NCBI GenBank assembly: GCA_051891335.1
Contig: JBJFFD010000022.1
Coordinates: 3,527 to 67,526, forward strand
Length of the DNA stretch: 64,000 nucleotides
Direction of reading: 5' to 3'
Origin: Candidatus Scatovivens sp.
GTDB taxonomy: Bacteria; Bacillota; Clostridia; TANB77; CAG-508
The position numbers were made by a program, and so were the translations under genes. Positions 1 to 9,047 of this stretch are shown in pieces. Numbering within the stretch: position 1 is the first letter of the stretch; the number at the start of each line of letters is the position of its first letter. The notes below the pieces were generated by a model. That model did not search any database. It saw only the letters and a list, made by a program, of their open reading frames with translations, and was not told the DNA's origin.

Positions 1-814
1 CTGTTCTTTTATCAGTAAAGCCTACTGGTTTTAATGGTCCATATCTTAATGTATCTATTCCTCTTTTAGCCATAATTTCTATTGGCATGCATCCTTCAAA
101 AATTTCTCTTTTTTCGAATTCATGTAAAACAACGACTTCTGCGTTTATTATCTCATTGTAAAATTTTTCGTATTCTTCTTTATTCATTGGTAAATTTATA
201 TAGCTTGCATTTTGAGCTTTAGTCCTTTCTTTCCACCTTTCTATTTCCTCTTCTTTTTCCCTTTCTTGCACATATCGGTCTCCAAAAAATGCTATATTCA
301 TATCAATCGAGTCTTTTTCAATAATTGGAGCTGCTGCATCAAAAAAAGATAAATTTTCTTCTCCTGTTAATTTTAAAATTTCATTAATAAGATTTTCAGA
401 CGTAAGAGGACCTGTAGCAATAATAACATTTTTATTTTTTGGTATTTTTGTAATCTCTTCTCTTATTAATTCTATATTTTCATTTTTTTGAATTTCCTCA
501 GTTACTTTTTTAGCAAATTCTTCTCTATCAACAGCTAATGCTTGTCCAGCAGGAACTTTAACTTCATCTGCAATTTTCATTAATTCAGATCCTAGAATTC
601 TTAACTCCTCTTTTAATAATCCACATGCATTTGTTATTTTATTAGATTTAAAAGAATTACTACAGACTATTTCAGCAAGATTTTCATTAGAGTGTGCTTT
701 TGAAAATTTATATGGTTTCATCTCATATAATTTTACTTTTATCCCTCTTTTTGCTATTTGAAGTGCAGCCTCACATCCGGCTAGACCTCCTCCTATAATA
801 TAAACTTCTTCCAT
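1..814 (-). CDS. trmFO: tRNA (uracil-5)-methyltransferase TrmFO/Gid, 5' portion (3' end runs off the window edge)
   Basis: Reverse-strand ATG at 814 opens MEEVYIIGGGLAGCEAALQIAKRG..., an FAD-binding GGGLAG Rossmann motif. The frame is open to position 1. It is absent from the ORF track because it is edge-truncated. Confidence 0.8.
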   Translation of the reverse strand, partial: MEEVYIIGGGLAGCEAALQIAKRGIKVKLYEMKPYKFSKAHSNENLAEIVCSNSFKSNKITNACGLLKEELRILGSELMKIADEVKVPAGQALAVDREEFAKKVTEEIQKNENIELIREEITKIPKNKNVIIATGPLTSENLINEILKLTGEENLSFFDAAAPIIEKDSIDMNIAFFGDRYVQEREKEEEIERWKERTKAQNASYINLPMNKEEYEKFYNEIINAEVVVLHEFEKREIFEGCMPIEIMAKRGIDTLRYGPLKPVGFTDKRT

Positions 815-901
815 ATTTATCTCCATTTTATAAAATATATCTATTTATATTTAACATCAATATATTATTATTTTCAAGTGCTTTTAAAATTTCATTTATT
901 C

Positions 902-932
902 GGGCAGACACAAGGCCTGCCCCTACAACATT
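902..932 (-). repeat. REP-like element (hairpin GGGCAG-N9-CTGCCC, then CCTACAACATT on plus; equals GTAG plus hairpin on minus)
   Basis: Inverted repeat read directly from the sequence. It shares the CCCTACA tail with about 9 other loci. Confidence 0.5.
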
Positions 933-985
933 AATTCATAATTATATGTATGGGCAATTTAAATCACCCACAAAAATAGATTAAA

Positions 986-1010
986 GGGCGATTAAATCGC
1001 CCCTACATAT
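986..1010 (-). repeat. REP-like element / probable terminator hairpin GGGCGATT-AAATCGCCC, then CTACA
   Basis: Perfect 8-bp stem immediately 3' of the stop of the 1016..2437 gene. Same CCCTACA tail as the rest of the family. Confidence 0.5.
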
Positions 1011-1015
1011 TTTAT

Positions 1016-2437
1016 TTAATCTTGTGAATGTTTTCCTTTTTTATTTTTTCTTTTTGTAAAATCGTTGTCATTTGCTTCAAATTGCATTTGTTTGTTTTCA
1101 AATATATCGTTTATATAATCTTTATTTTCTTCTTTTTCTTTTATTTCTTCTATATTATTGTTTTCCTCTTTTTCATCTTCTTCTTTATTATCATTATTTT
1201 CTTTTTCTTTCTTTTCTTTTATTTTTATTAATCCATTTTCTTTTAATATTTTTCTTTGTTTATAAGAGTTTATTGAAGATATAAAAGCTATTATAGAAAT
1301 AATTACAATGCTTGCAATTACAATTATTTTTTCTTTTTCTAGTTTATATTCATTTTCTATTGTTTCACCAATAATATTTGTAGAGTCTGATGTATCTTCT
1401 TTAACTTTATATTTAAACACTATTGTATAAATTGCAATTTCTCTTCCATCAGCATCTTTAACTGAAACAATCACTTCATTTTCATCTTTGTTAAATTCTT
1501 CTTCTCCTATAATTTCAAAAGTTCCACCTTCAAAATTTACTTCAGCATTAATTAATTCTTTTGCTTTTTCTAATCCTGATATTTCTTCATCTTCTATCCA
1601 TACTATATATCTATATACATCTGTACTAAATTCTGGCGAAAGTTTCATTCCTTTAACTTCTAACTTTGAAAGTCCTATTGTACTTCCTGAAGCTGTCGTA
1701 TCTGATGTGTCTGATGCAATATTCGGTGTTACCTCAGCACTTGCTACTTTCCTTACTACATTTACTTGGTATGTTTTTTGTGTTCCGTCTTCTGCTGTTA
1801 CTAATATCTTTACTACATTTGTTCCTTCTTTTAAGTTTGTGTTTCCTGTTACTTCATAACTTGCTTTTGAATCAGCAAGTGTTGGAATTACTGTAACTTT
1901 TGTCACATCATTTTCTACTGTTACACTATATCCACTTGTCTTAGAAGATTTAAATCCTGTAAAATCAACTGGTTGTAATACTAAATTTTTCAAGTTAGCA
2001 TTACTTGATTTTGTAGGTGTTGCTGGAGCAGTAGGGGTTTCAGGTTCTGCAGGAGTTTGTGCTGGTGCTGAAACTGAAATAGTTATTCCTGAAAAACTAG
2101 TTATTGTAGTTGAATCAGCATCTGTTATGCTCCCCTTTAATTCAACTTTTTTATTACCTTCTGATGAAGGTGTATATTGTGCAGAAAAATTTATTCCAAT
2201 ATTTCCTTCATAATTCTCAAGTTCTCTATTTGTTGCTAACGCTACACCATCAACATATAAAGTTAAATTCCATTGGACTGCACTTCCTGATACTGTTATT
2301 GTTTTAGTTTCTCCTGCTGTCATTGTAGTGTCGCAAGTAATATTTGCACTTGCTGCAAACGAATTGCATTTTAAACTAATAAATAGTAAAAAAAATATAA
2401 TACCTATTAGCACTTTTATTTTAAATTTTAATTTCAT
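1016..2437 (-). CDS. Secreted, membrane-anchored surface protein with Ig-like/cadherin-like beta-sandwich repeats and a C-terminal TM plus Lys/Glu-rich tail
   Basis: N-terminal signal peptide MKLKFKIKVLIGIIFFLLFISL. Repeated beta-rich segments (SANLKNLVLQPVDFTGF...YQVNV). A C-terminal hydrophobic helix followed by a KE-rich tail. Confidence 0.55.
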   Translation of the reverse strand: MKLKFKIKVLIGIIFFLLFISLKCNSFAASANITCDTTMTAGETKTITVSGSAVQWNLTLYVDGVALATNRELENYEGNIGINFSAQYTPSSEGNKKVELKGSITDADSTTITSFSGITISVSAPAQTPAEPETPTAPATPTKSSNANLKNLVLQPVDFTGFKSSKTSGYSVTVENDVTKVTVIPTLADSKASYEVTGNTNLKEGTNVVKILVTAEDGTQKTYQVNVVRKVASAEVTPNIASDTSDTTASGSTIGLSKLEVKGMKLSPEFSTDVYRYIVWIEDEEISGLEKAKELINAEVNFEGGTFEIIGEEEFNKDENEVIVSVKDADGREIAIYTIVFKYKVKEDTSDSTNIIGETIENEYKLEKEKIIVIASIVIISIIAFISSINSYKQRKILKENGLIKIKEKKEKENNDNKEEDEKEENNNIEEIKEKEENKDYINDIFENKQMQFEANDNDFTKRKNKKGKHSQD

Positions 2438-2491
2438 ATAACCTCTTTCCTGACGAGCTAATCTAACAACTCCTCACATTTTTATATTATC

Positions 2492-2525
2492 GGGTCGATG
2501 TGGTCATCGACCCCTACAACATTTA
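2492..2525 (-). repeat. REP-like element GGGTCGATG-N4-CATCGACCC, then CTACAACATTT
   Basis: Perfect 9-bp stem. The tail is identical to the copies at 59597 and 61472. Confidence 0.55.
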
Positions 2526-4232
2526 TAATCCTATACTTTTTATATCCATAACCTCTCTTTTTAATAAATATGAATCTCCGGTATTTATTGCTCCATCTTT
2601 ATTGACATCCGCTGAAATATAATAAATTCCATCTAAATTTCTATTCCCAACTATGGTTAATTTGATTAAATATGTATCTCCAGTATTTATTAGTCCATCT
2701 CCATTAATATCTCCATATTTTATTGCTGTATACTCTGTTCCATCTATTATAATTTTATATCCTGTTCCTATTGATTCTGCTGCCTCTGATATATCTGTTC
2801 CATCAGCTTTTTGTATTATTGCATTTGGATATGTTTCCTTAATATTTGAAACTGTAACTGATGGTGTCATTTTTAAGTTATTGCCTTCTATTTTAAAATC
2901 TAGCGTATTTACTGGTGGTATTACATTTGAAGTCGTTTCACATTTTACTAAATAACTTGCATCATTTAGAATTACTATTCTATCTTCGTAATTCCATTTT
3001 GCTTTTCCATTCTCATCTGTTCCTCTACTAGTTGCTACCTTTATTTTTAATGTTGCTCTGTTATTTTCAATTGATTGTACTGCTACAATTTGTCCTTTTG
3101 TTAGTTTTCCAACAATATTTCCTGATGCATCACTAACATTTAATGATGAAACATGAACTGTATTTACATAGTATAGTTCACCATCTGCTTCAGTTAATGT
3201 TGTGGGGAAACCTACTGGTACACCTGGCATATTATTATATACTGGTATTGTGAATACCAGGTTTGAATTAGCTAATCCATAGTTAGTATAATATTCCATA
3301 AGCATTCCAGCTTGGCTTGATGGATCTTGAATGTTAGTCATATATTGGTGATTAAAGAAATTTGAAGATGAATATACTTTTTCTTCATTATCTTTTAATA
3401 TTTCATTTCCTACTACATCAAATTTATAAAAATATTTTGTTGTCTGTCCTTGTGATATGTAGCCATTTTTTAATACTTTTTCTGCTCCATCTATTAATGC
3501 TATTTCTGGATTAGTCCAATTCATTTCTCTTGCTTTTTCTAATCCTCTTTCTACTGCTCCATCACCATCATTAGCTCCATAATTATAAAAATTATATAAA
3601 TTTTCATATCCTGGTACTTTTCCAAAAATTGCTTTAGGAGTATCTTTTGTTTTTCCTAATTCCTGAAATATTGTAACTATTATATGCATTGGACTAATTT
3701 CTGTTCTTGATGCTGCTTCTATTATTGTATCTGTATATTTTGATAAATATGTGTCACTAACCACACCTTGTATAATATCTCTGCTAATCTGCACCGAATT
3801 TGACAAATCTAAAAATTGATATATTGAATATTCAGTCAAAGAATTCCTAGGATCTAAATAATAATTTACTGTTTTTGCAGATGCGCAATAATATCCAGCA
3901 TCTCCAGTTCTTCCGCATATACAAAGCATTGTAGGATCCATTAAATCTACTTTTTTTATGGTATTTTTTAAACAAGCATTTTCTGCTGATGAAGATGTAA
4001 CTTCTGTCCAATCTATTCCTGTGTAATAAGCTTTAAAAGTCCAATTAGGATGCATTTCTTGTAATTTTTGTAAATATGGTTTATAACTTTCAGGAAATGA
4101 ATCTATCCCTACTTTTAAAGATTGAGTGTAAGTAGCACTCAGGGCTGAAAGACTTTCAGTCGGTATATATATATAATAAATTATATTAAATAATATTGTA
4201 AAAATTATTATTATTGATATAATTTTTTTCAT
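2523..4232 (-). CDS. Putative cell-wall glycoside hydrolase (glucosaminidase-like) with C-terminal type-I dockerin repeats
   Basis: Signal/TM N-terminus. The C-terminus carries two calcium-binding dockerin repeats: GDINGDGLINTGDTYLIK and ADVNKDGAINTGDSYLLK. The N-terminal catalytic domain resembles glucosaminidase/lysozyme-like hydrolases but was not identified precisely. Confidence 0.55.
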   Translation of the reverse strand: MKKIISIIIIFTILFNIIYYIYIPTESLSALSATYTQSLKVGIDSFPESYKPYLQKLQEMHPNWTFKAYYTGIDWTEVTSSSAENACLKNTIKKVDLMDPTMLCICGRTGDAGYYCASAKTVNYYLDPRNSLTEYSIYQFLDLSNSVQISRDIIQGVVSDTYLSKYTDTIIEAASRTEISPMHIIVTIFQELGKTKDTPKAIFGKVPGYENLYNFYNYGANDGDGAVERGLEKAREMNWTNPEIALIDGAEKVLKNGYISQGQTTKYFYKFDVVGNEILKDNEEKVYSSSNFFNHQYMTNIQDPSSQAGMLMEYYTNYGLANSNLVFTIPVYNNMPGVPVGFPTTLTEADGELYYVNTVHVSSLNVSDASGNIVGKLTKGQIVAVQSIENNRATLKIKVATSRGTDENGKAKWNYEDRIVILNDASYLVKCETTSNVIPPVNTLDFKIEGNNLKMTPSVTVSNIKETYPNAIIQKADGTDISEAAESIGTGYKIIIDGTEYTAIKYGDINGDGLINTGDTYLIKLTIVGNRNLDGIYYISADVNKDGAINTGDSYLLKREVMDIKSIGL

Positions 4233-4392
4233 TTACAATTTTCCTCCTATATTTGTAGAAAATAAAGAATAGTATATTTTAAGTTTTATATATTCGATAT
4301 TTTTCTACAAATATAGTATATATTAACCTTTTTTTTTAGTCAACAGCCCAATATTACATTTAGATTACAAATTATTAGATTGATAATTGTAT

Positions 4393-4417
4393 GGGTGATT
4401 TTAATCACCTACAGAAC
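4393..4417 (-). repeat. REP-like element GGGTGATT-TTAATCACC, then TACAGA
   Basis: Hairpin plus the CCTACA tail of the family. Confidence 0.45.
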
Positions 4418-4520
4418 AAAAGGGGTATGTTTAAAATTCTTTAACTTTTTAACAGACTCACATGCCCCGTCTTTGTTCGCACGCGAAAAATTGCTATGCA
4501 ATTTTTCTGTGGAATGTATT

Positions 4521-4558
4521 TATATTATAGGAAGTTAGGAGAACCTTCCTATAATATA
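4521..4558. repeat. Perfect 14-bp-arm palindrome TATATTATAGGAAG-N10-CTTCCTATAATATA (ATAGGAAGTT motif family)
   Basis: Read directly. The same ATAGGAAGTT/AACTTCCTAT arms recur at 20983-21012 and about 44160-44195. Confidence 0.5.
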
Positions 4559-4588
4559 AAAAATCTGGTTTAAAAACCAGATTTTTTG
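4558..4588 (-). terminator. Rho-independent terminator of topA (bidirectional hairpin AAAAATCTGGTTT-AAAA-ACCAGATTTTTT)
   Basis: Perfect stem flanked by A-runs and T-runs, directly 3' of the topA stop at 4590. Confidence 0.75.
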
Positions 4589-4589
4589 T

Positions 4590-6677
4590 TTATTTTTTTG
4601 CTTTTTTCTTTTTGGTTGTTTTTCTTGTGGTAGCTTTTTTCTTTGTTTCTTTTTCTATTTCATTTTTCTCATCTTCATTTTCTATATATTTTTCACCTTT
4701 TTTAGGCTTGTTCCAAGAAATATAATCACAACCATTATTAGGATTATTTTCACATATATAGTAATTTCTTCTTTTCTTTGTTTTTCGTACTTGAACAGTT
4801 CCTCCGCATTTTGGACATGGTACATCAATAGTTTCTACTATTGGTTTAGCATTTTGACATTCAGGATATCCTGGGCATGCCAAAAACTTTCCATACCTTC
4901 CATATTTAATTACCATCATTCTGCCACATTTTTCACATGGTACATCTGATACTTCATATTCAAGTTTTACATGTTCTAATTCTTTTTCAACTTTTTCTAC
5001 ATTTTCAGAAAATGGCCCATAAAAATCCTTAATTATTTTTTTCCAATTTTCTTTTCCTTCAGCGACTTTATCAAATTCTTCTTCAATTTGTGCGGTAAAC
5101 TCATAATTTATTATGTTTTCAAAATTTTCTACTAATAATTTATTAACAACTTTTCCTAATTCTGTTGGTATTAATTGCTTTTGAACTTTTTCAATATATC
5201 TCCTTGTTAATATTGTAGTTATTGTTGGTGCGTAAGTACTAGGTCTTCCTATTCCTTTTTCTTCTAGAGTTTTTACTAAACTTGCTTCTGTATATCTTGG
5301 AGGTGGTTCAGTAAAACTCTGTTTTGATTCTAAATTCCTATAAATTAATTCTTCTTTTTCTTTTAATTCTGGAATCTTTTCAAATTCTTCATTTTCTTCC
5401 GAATAATTATAAACACTTAAAAATCCTTTAAATTTCAAATTTTGCCCATTTGCTCTAAATTCATATTCATTTCCAACCACACTTACTGTTTTTGTATCAT
5501 ATACTGCTGAAGCCATTTGACTTGCTAAAAATCTATTATATATTAATTTATATAATTTATATTGGTCTTGAGTTAAACTATCCTTTATTTGTTCTGGTTC
5601 TAATTCTATATAACTTGGTCTTATAGCTTCATGGGCATCTTGTGCTTCTGATTTTGATTTATAGAATCTATTTTCATAATAATTAGCCCCATACTTTTCT
5701 GTTATTTTTTGTTTTGCAGCAATTCTTGCTTCCTCTGAAATTCTAACAGAGTCTGTTCTCATATATGTTATAAGACCTGTTTCACCTTTTCCAGGTAATT
5801 TAACTCCTTCATAAAGTCCTTGTGCTACTTGCATAGTTTTCTTAATTGCGAAGTTTAATTTTCTAGAAGCATCTTGCTGAAGTGTACTTGTCGTAAATGG
5901 TGGAGCTGGATTTTTCTTTCTTTCTCCTATTTTTATTTCATTTACAAAATATTTAGCTTTTTCTAGTTTTTTTAATATTTCATCTACTTCTTCTTTTGAG
6001 TGTATTTCTTGTTTTTTTCCGTCTTTTCCTATAAATTTGCATATAAAATCTGTTTTTGTTTTTTGGTCACATACAGTTAAATTTATGTTCCAATATTCTT
6101 CTGGTTTAAAACTTTCTATTTCTTCTTCTCTATCAACAATTAATTTTACTGCAACTGATTGAACTCTACCAGCAGATAACCCTCTTTTTACTTTTTTCCA
6201 TAAAAGTGGGCTCATTTTATATCCTACTATTCTGTCTAGTACTCTCCTTGCTTGTTGTGCATCTGTTAAATTTAAATCTATTGTTCTAGGATTATCTATA
6301 CCATTTTTCACTGCATTTTTAGTTATTTCATTAAATGTTACCCTACACATACTTTTAGGATCTAAGTTCAATATGTATGCAAGATGCCATGCAATTGCTT
6401 CTCCCTCGCGGTCAGGGTCAGTTGCTAGATAAATTTTTTTTGCTTCTTTCGCATCTTTTTTCAATGAATTAATTAATTTTGCTTTTCCTCTTATGTTTAT
6501 ATATTCTGGTTCAAAATTATTTTCAATATCTATACCCATTTTTGACTTAGGTAAATCTCTTATATGCCCCATTGAAGCAACAACTTTGCTTTTTCCTCCC
6601 AAAAACTTTTTTATTGTATTAGCTTTTGCTGGAGATTCCACTATCACTAATTTATCTATCATTATACTTTCTCCCAT
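4590..6677 (-). CDS. topA: DNA topoisomerase I
   Basis: TOPRIM N-terminus (IVESPAKANTIKKFLG...). Active-site region (RTDS). C-terminal Cys4 zinc ribbons (CEKCGRMM...CPGYPEC, CPKCGG...C). Confidence 0.95.
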   Translation of the reverse strand: MGESIMIDKLVIVESPAKANTIKKFLGGKSKVVASMGHIRDLPKSKMGIDIENNFEPEYINIRGKAKLINSLKKDAKEAKKIYLATDPDREGEAIAWHLAYILNLDPKSMCRVTFNEITKNAVKNGIDNPRTIDLNLTDAQQARRVLDRIVGYKMSPLLWKKVKRGLSAGRVQSVAVKLIVDREEEIESFKPEEYWNINLTVCDQKTKTDFICKFIGKDGKKQEIHSKEEVDEILKKLEKAKYFVNEIKIGERKKNPAPPFTTSTLQQDASRKLNFAIKKTMQVAQGLYEGVKLPGKGETGLITYMRTDSVRISEEARIAAKQKITEKYGANYYENRFYKSKSEAQDAHEAIRPSYIELEPEQIKDSLTQDQYKLYKLIYNRFLASQMASAVYDTKTVSVVGNEYEFRANGQNLKFKGFLSVYNYSEENEEFEKIPELKEKEELIYRNLESKQSFTEPPPRYTEASLVKTLEEKGIGRPSTYAPTITTILTRRYIEKVQKQLIPTELGKVVNKLLVENFENIINYEFTAQIEEEFDKVAEGKENWKKIIKDFYGPFSENVEKVEKELEHVKLEYEVSDVPCEKCGRMMVIKYGRYGKFLACPGYPECQNAKPIVETIDVPCPKCGGTVQVRKTKKRRNYYICENNPNNGCDYISWNKPKKGEKYIENEDEKNEIEKETKKKATTRKTTKKKKAKK

Positions 6678-6695
6678 TAATATCTGTTTTTTGTA

Positions 6696-6724
6696 TTTTA
6701 ATTCATAAATATATTTTTTGCAAG
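6696..6724 (-). promoter_or_regulatory. Candidate sigma-A promoter for topA (TTGCAA-17nt-TAAAAT)
   Basis: The -35 TTGCAA is at 6719-6724 and the -10 TAAAAT (minus-strand sense) at 6696-6701, with a 17-nt spacer. It lies just upstream of the topA start. Confidence 0.45.
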
Positions 6725-6779
6725 TACTTTATAAAATTGAAATCTTGTATTTTCCTATTTAATTGCAAAAGAAGAAGTT

Positions 6780-7874
6780 TTACTTCTTCTTTACTCTTAC
6801 AATTCCATTATTTACAGTTATTGTATCTTTTATTCCTAGCTGTTCTATTACACTATATGGTGTGTTTTTCACAAATTCTTGGCTGTTTGAAATATTTATA
6901 TCAACAGTTTTATATTTTGAATTATCTATTATTTTTTTTAGTTGGCTTAAGTCATTTTCTGTATATGTAACTGTTAATCCATAATAATCAAAATAGTTAT
7001 ATTTTGTACCTGTTGGCTCAGATATCAATGAATATTTTCTAATATACTCACTAATATCTATTGGATTTAATCCTATATAAGACATTGCCTCTGAATCTCC
7101 AACAACATAAGTTTCTGTTGAATCAAAGTAATAATAATCATCTAATTTTACTAAATTCCACATTTTTTCTTCGCCTTTTACTATATAAGATTCTATATTA
7201 ACTGCTTGAAACAATATTTGAGCTGTTTTTGCATATCCATATCCAACTTTTTTAGTTGTATTAAAAAATCCATAGTAAGCACTCTGTTCTTTTTCCGAAG
7301 AGTCATCTCCATATTTACTATTTTGTCCTATCCATTCATAAATGTATTTTTCCTTTTCAAAATCAAATTTATCATTGCATTCTTTTTTTATTTCAGCTAT
7401 TTTTTGTTGTACTTTCTTTACCCTATTTTCTATGTTTTTTTCAGTTGTATCATAATAGAAAAATTCTATTCTTATATCAGATCCGCTATTAGAGTATGTA
7501 TATCCTCTTAAGTTTATTAGTTCAGGGTGATCTAGCATTAAACAATCCAATATTTTTATTATAGTTTCTTCATTACATATTACAATTTTGCTGCTTTTAT
7601 TATTTTTTATTTCATTAAAAATCTCTTTATATAAAATTTTTTCTTCATCATTTAATTCATTATTATAATAATATTGGTTAGACATGTATAAGTCATTAAC
7701 ATACCACTCAGATTGTTTATCTATTTTAGAACTTATATATAAATCTTTTTGTTCTATAAATGTTTTATAAACAAAAAATATAATTATTACTATAAGTATA
7801 AGTTTAAATAGAGAAATTTTTCTTTTTTTCTTCATTAGCTTGTCTACCTTTCTAAAAACGGAAAAAATCAGCAC
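6780..7874 (-). CDS. Hypothetical membrane-anchored protein
   Basis: Long ORF with an N-terminal TM helix (LFKLILIVIIIFFVY). No recognised domain. An AAGAAGAAG/CTTCTTCTT hairpin sits at its 3' end. Confidence 0.5.
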   Translation of the reverse strand: MLIFSVFRKVDKLMKKKRKISLFKLILIVIIIFFVYKTFIEQKDLYISSKIDKQSEWYVNDLYMSNQYYYNNELNDEEKILYKEIFNEIKNNKSSKIVICNEETIIKILDCLMLDHPELINLRGYTYSNSGSDIRIEFFYYDTTEKNIENRVKKVQQKIAEIKKECNDKFDFEKEKYIYEWIGQNSKYGDDSSEKEQSAYYGFFNTTKKVGYGYAKTAQILFQAVNIESYIVKGEEKMWNLVKLDDYYYFDSTETYVVGDSEAMSYIGLNPIDISEYIRKYSLISEPTGTKYNYFDYYGLTVTYTENDLSQLKKIIDNSKYKTVDINISNSQEFVKNTPYSVIEQLGIKDTITVNNGIVRVKKK

Positions 7875-9007
7875 TATTTTCCGTTTTTCTTATTTTTTAA
7901 AGCATTAACTATTTCCTTATATATTTTTTCTTCAACATTTTTTGGAGCTATAGTATTAGCCAATTTTCCCATCTCTTCCAACTCAGATTTTTTATTAATT
8001 ATACTATCTATTTCTTTTGCTAAATTATTATATGTTAATTTATCATTTTGTATAATTTTTGCAGCTCCAATTTTTTCTAATACCATTGCATTATCTTCCT
8101 GTCTATTTGCTGATCTGCTAGGCAAGGGTATAAAAATTGCTGGTTTTCCTACAATTGATATTTCAGTTATTGTCATTGCACCACTTCTACAAACTACCAA
8201 ATCTGATATATTAAGTAAATCTTCCATATTATATATGTAAGGGAGTATTTTAGTATTTTTTAAATTATTTATGTTCATATTTGATTTTTCTATTTTTTCT
8301 TTTATTATATCATATTGTTTTGGTCCTGTTGCCCATATTATTTGATAATTTTCATTTATTTTTCTTTCAATTATTCCACTAATTGCTTCGTTTATTTTTT
8401 GGGCTCCCTGACTTCCTCCAAATATTAAAACTATCGGTAAATTATTTCTCACACCTAAATTTTCTTTTATTTTTTCTTTATTTTCTTCAGTAATATTTTT
8501 CTTTCTAATTTTAGTAGGAGTACCTGTAACAACTACATCTTTTGCTCCTGCTAATATTTGTTTTGCTTCTTCAAAACCTACCAAAATTTTATCTACATTT
8601 TTTGAAAACATTTTTACTGCTTTTCCTGGATATGCGTTGCTTTCATGCAATACTGTTGGCACTTTTCTAGATAATGCTGCAGAAAACACTGGTCCACAGA
8701 TATATCCGCCTGTACCTATCACAACATCTGGTTTAAATTCATCTATAATTTTTTTTGCATCTTTAATACTAGAAAATGTTTTAAAAATATTCTTTAAATT
8801 TTTTAATGATATTTCTTTTTTTAAACCATATGCTTCTATTGTTTTTAATTTGTAACCCGCGCGAGGTACTAAATCATTTTCAAGGCCTCTATTTGTTCCT
8901 ATAAAAATAATTTCAGATTTTGGTTCTTTTTGTTTTATTTTATTAGCAATTGCAATTCCTGGGTTTATGTGACCTCCAGTACCTGCTGCTGATATTATAA
9001 CTCTCAT
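7874..9007 (-). CDS. murG: UDP-N-acetylglucosamine--N-acetylmuramyl-(pentapeptide) pyrophosphoryl-undecaprenol GlcNAc transferase
   Basis: N-terminal MRVIISAAGTGGHINP... G-loop and overall GT28 architecture. Sits in dcw cluster context. Confidence 0.95.
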   Translation of the reverse strand: MRVIISAAGTGGHINPGIAIANKIKQKEPKSEIIFIGTNRGLENDLVPRAGYKLKTIEAYGLKKEISLKNLKNIFKTFSSIKDAKKIIDEFKPDVVIGTGGYICGPVFSAALSRKVPTVLHESNAYPGKAVKMFSKNVDKILVGFEEAKQILAGAKDVVVTGTPTKIRKKNITEENKEKIKENLGVRNNLPIVLIFGGSQGAQKINEAISGIIERKINENYQIIWATGPKQYDIIKEKIEKSNMNINNLKNTKILPYIYNMEDLLNISDLVVCRSGAMTITEISIVGKPAIFIPLPSRSANRQEDNAMVLEKIGAAKIIQNDKLTYNNLAKEIDSIINKKSELEEMGKLANTIAPKNVEEKIYKEIVNALKNKKNGK

Positions 9008-9047
9008 TTGACTTCCTTTCTATTTTTTATTACATGTTCGAGAAATA

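Noticed and set aside
902-1010. Treating the REP-like hairpins simply as rho-independent terminators
   Set aside because: Several lack a U-run on either strand (e.g. 2492-2525 and 902-932). Their conserved GTAG/CCTACA flank is not a terminator feature. Some may still terminate transcription, so both calls are kept at moderate confidence.
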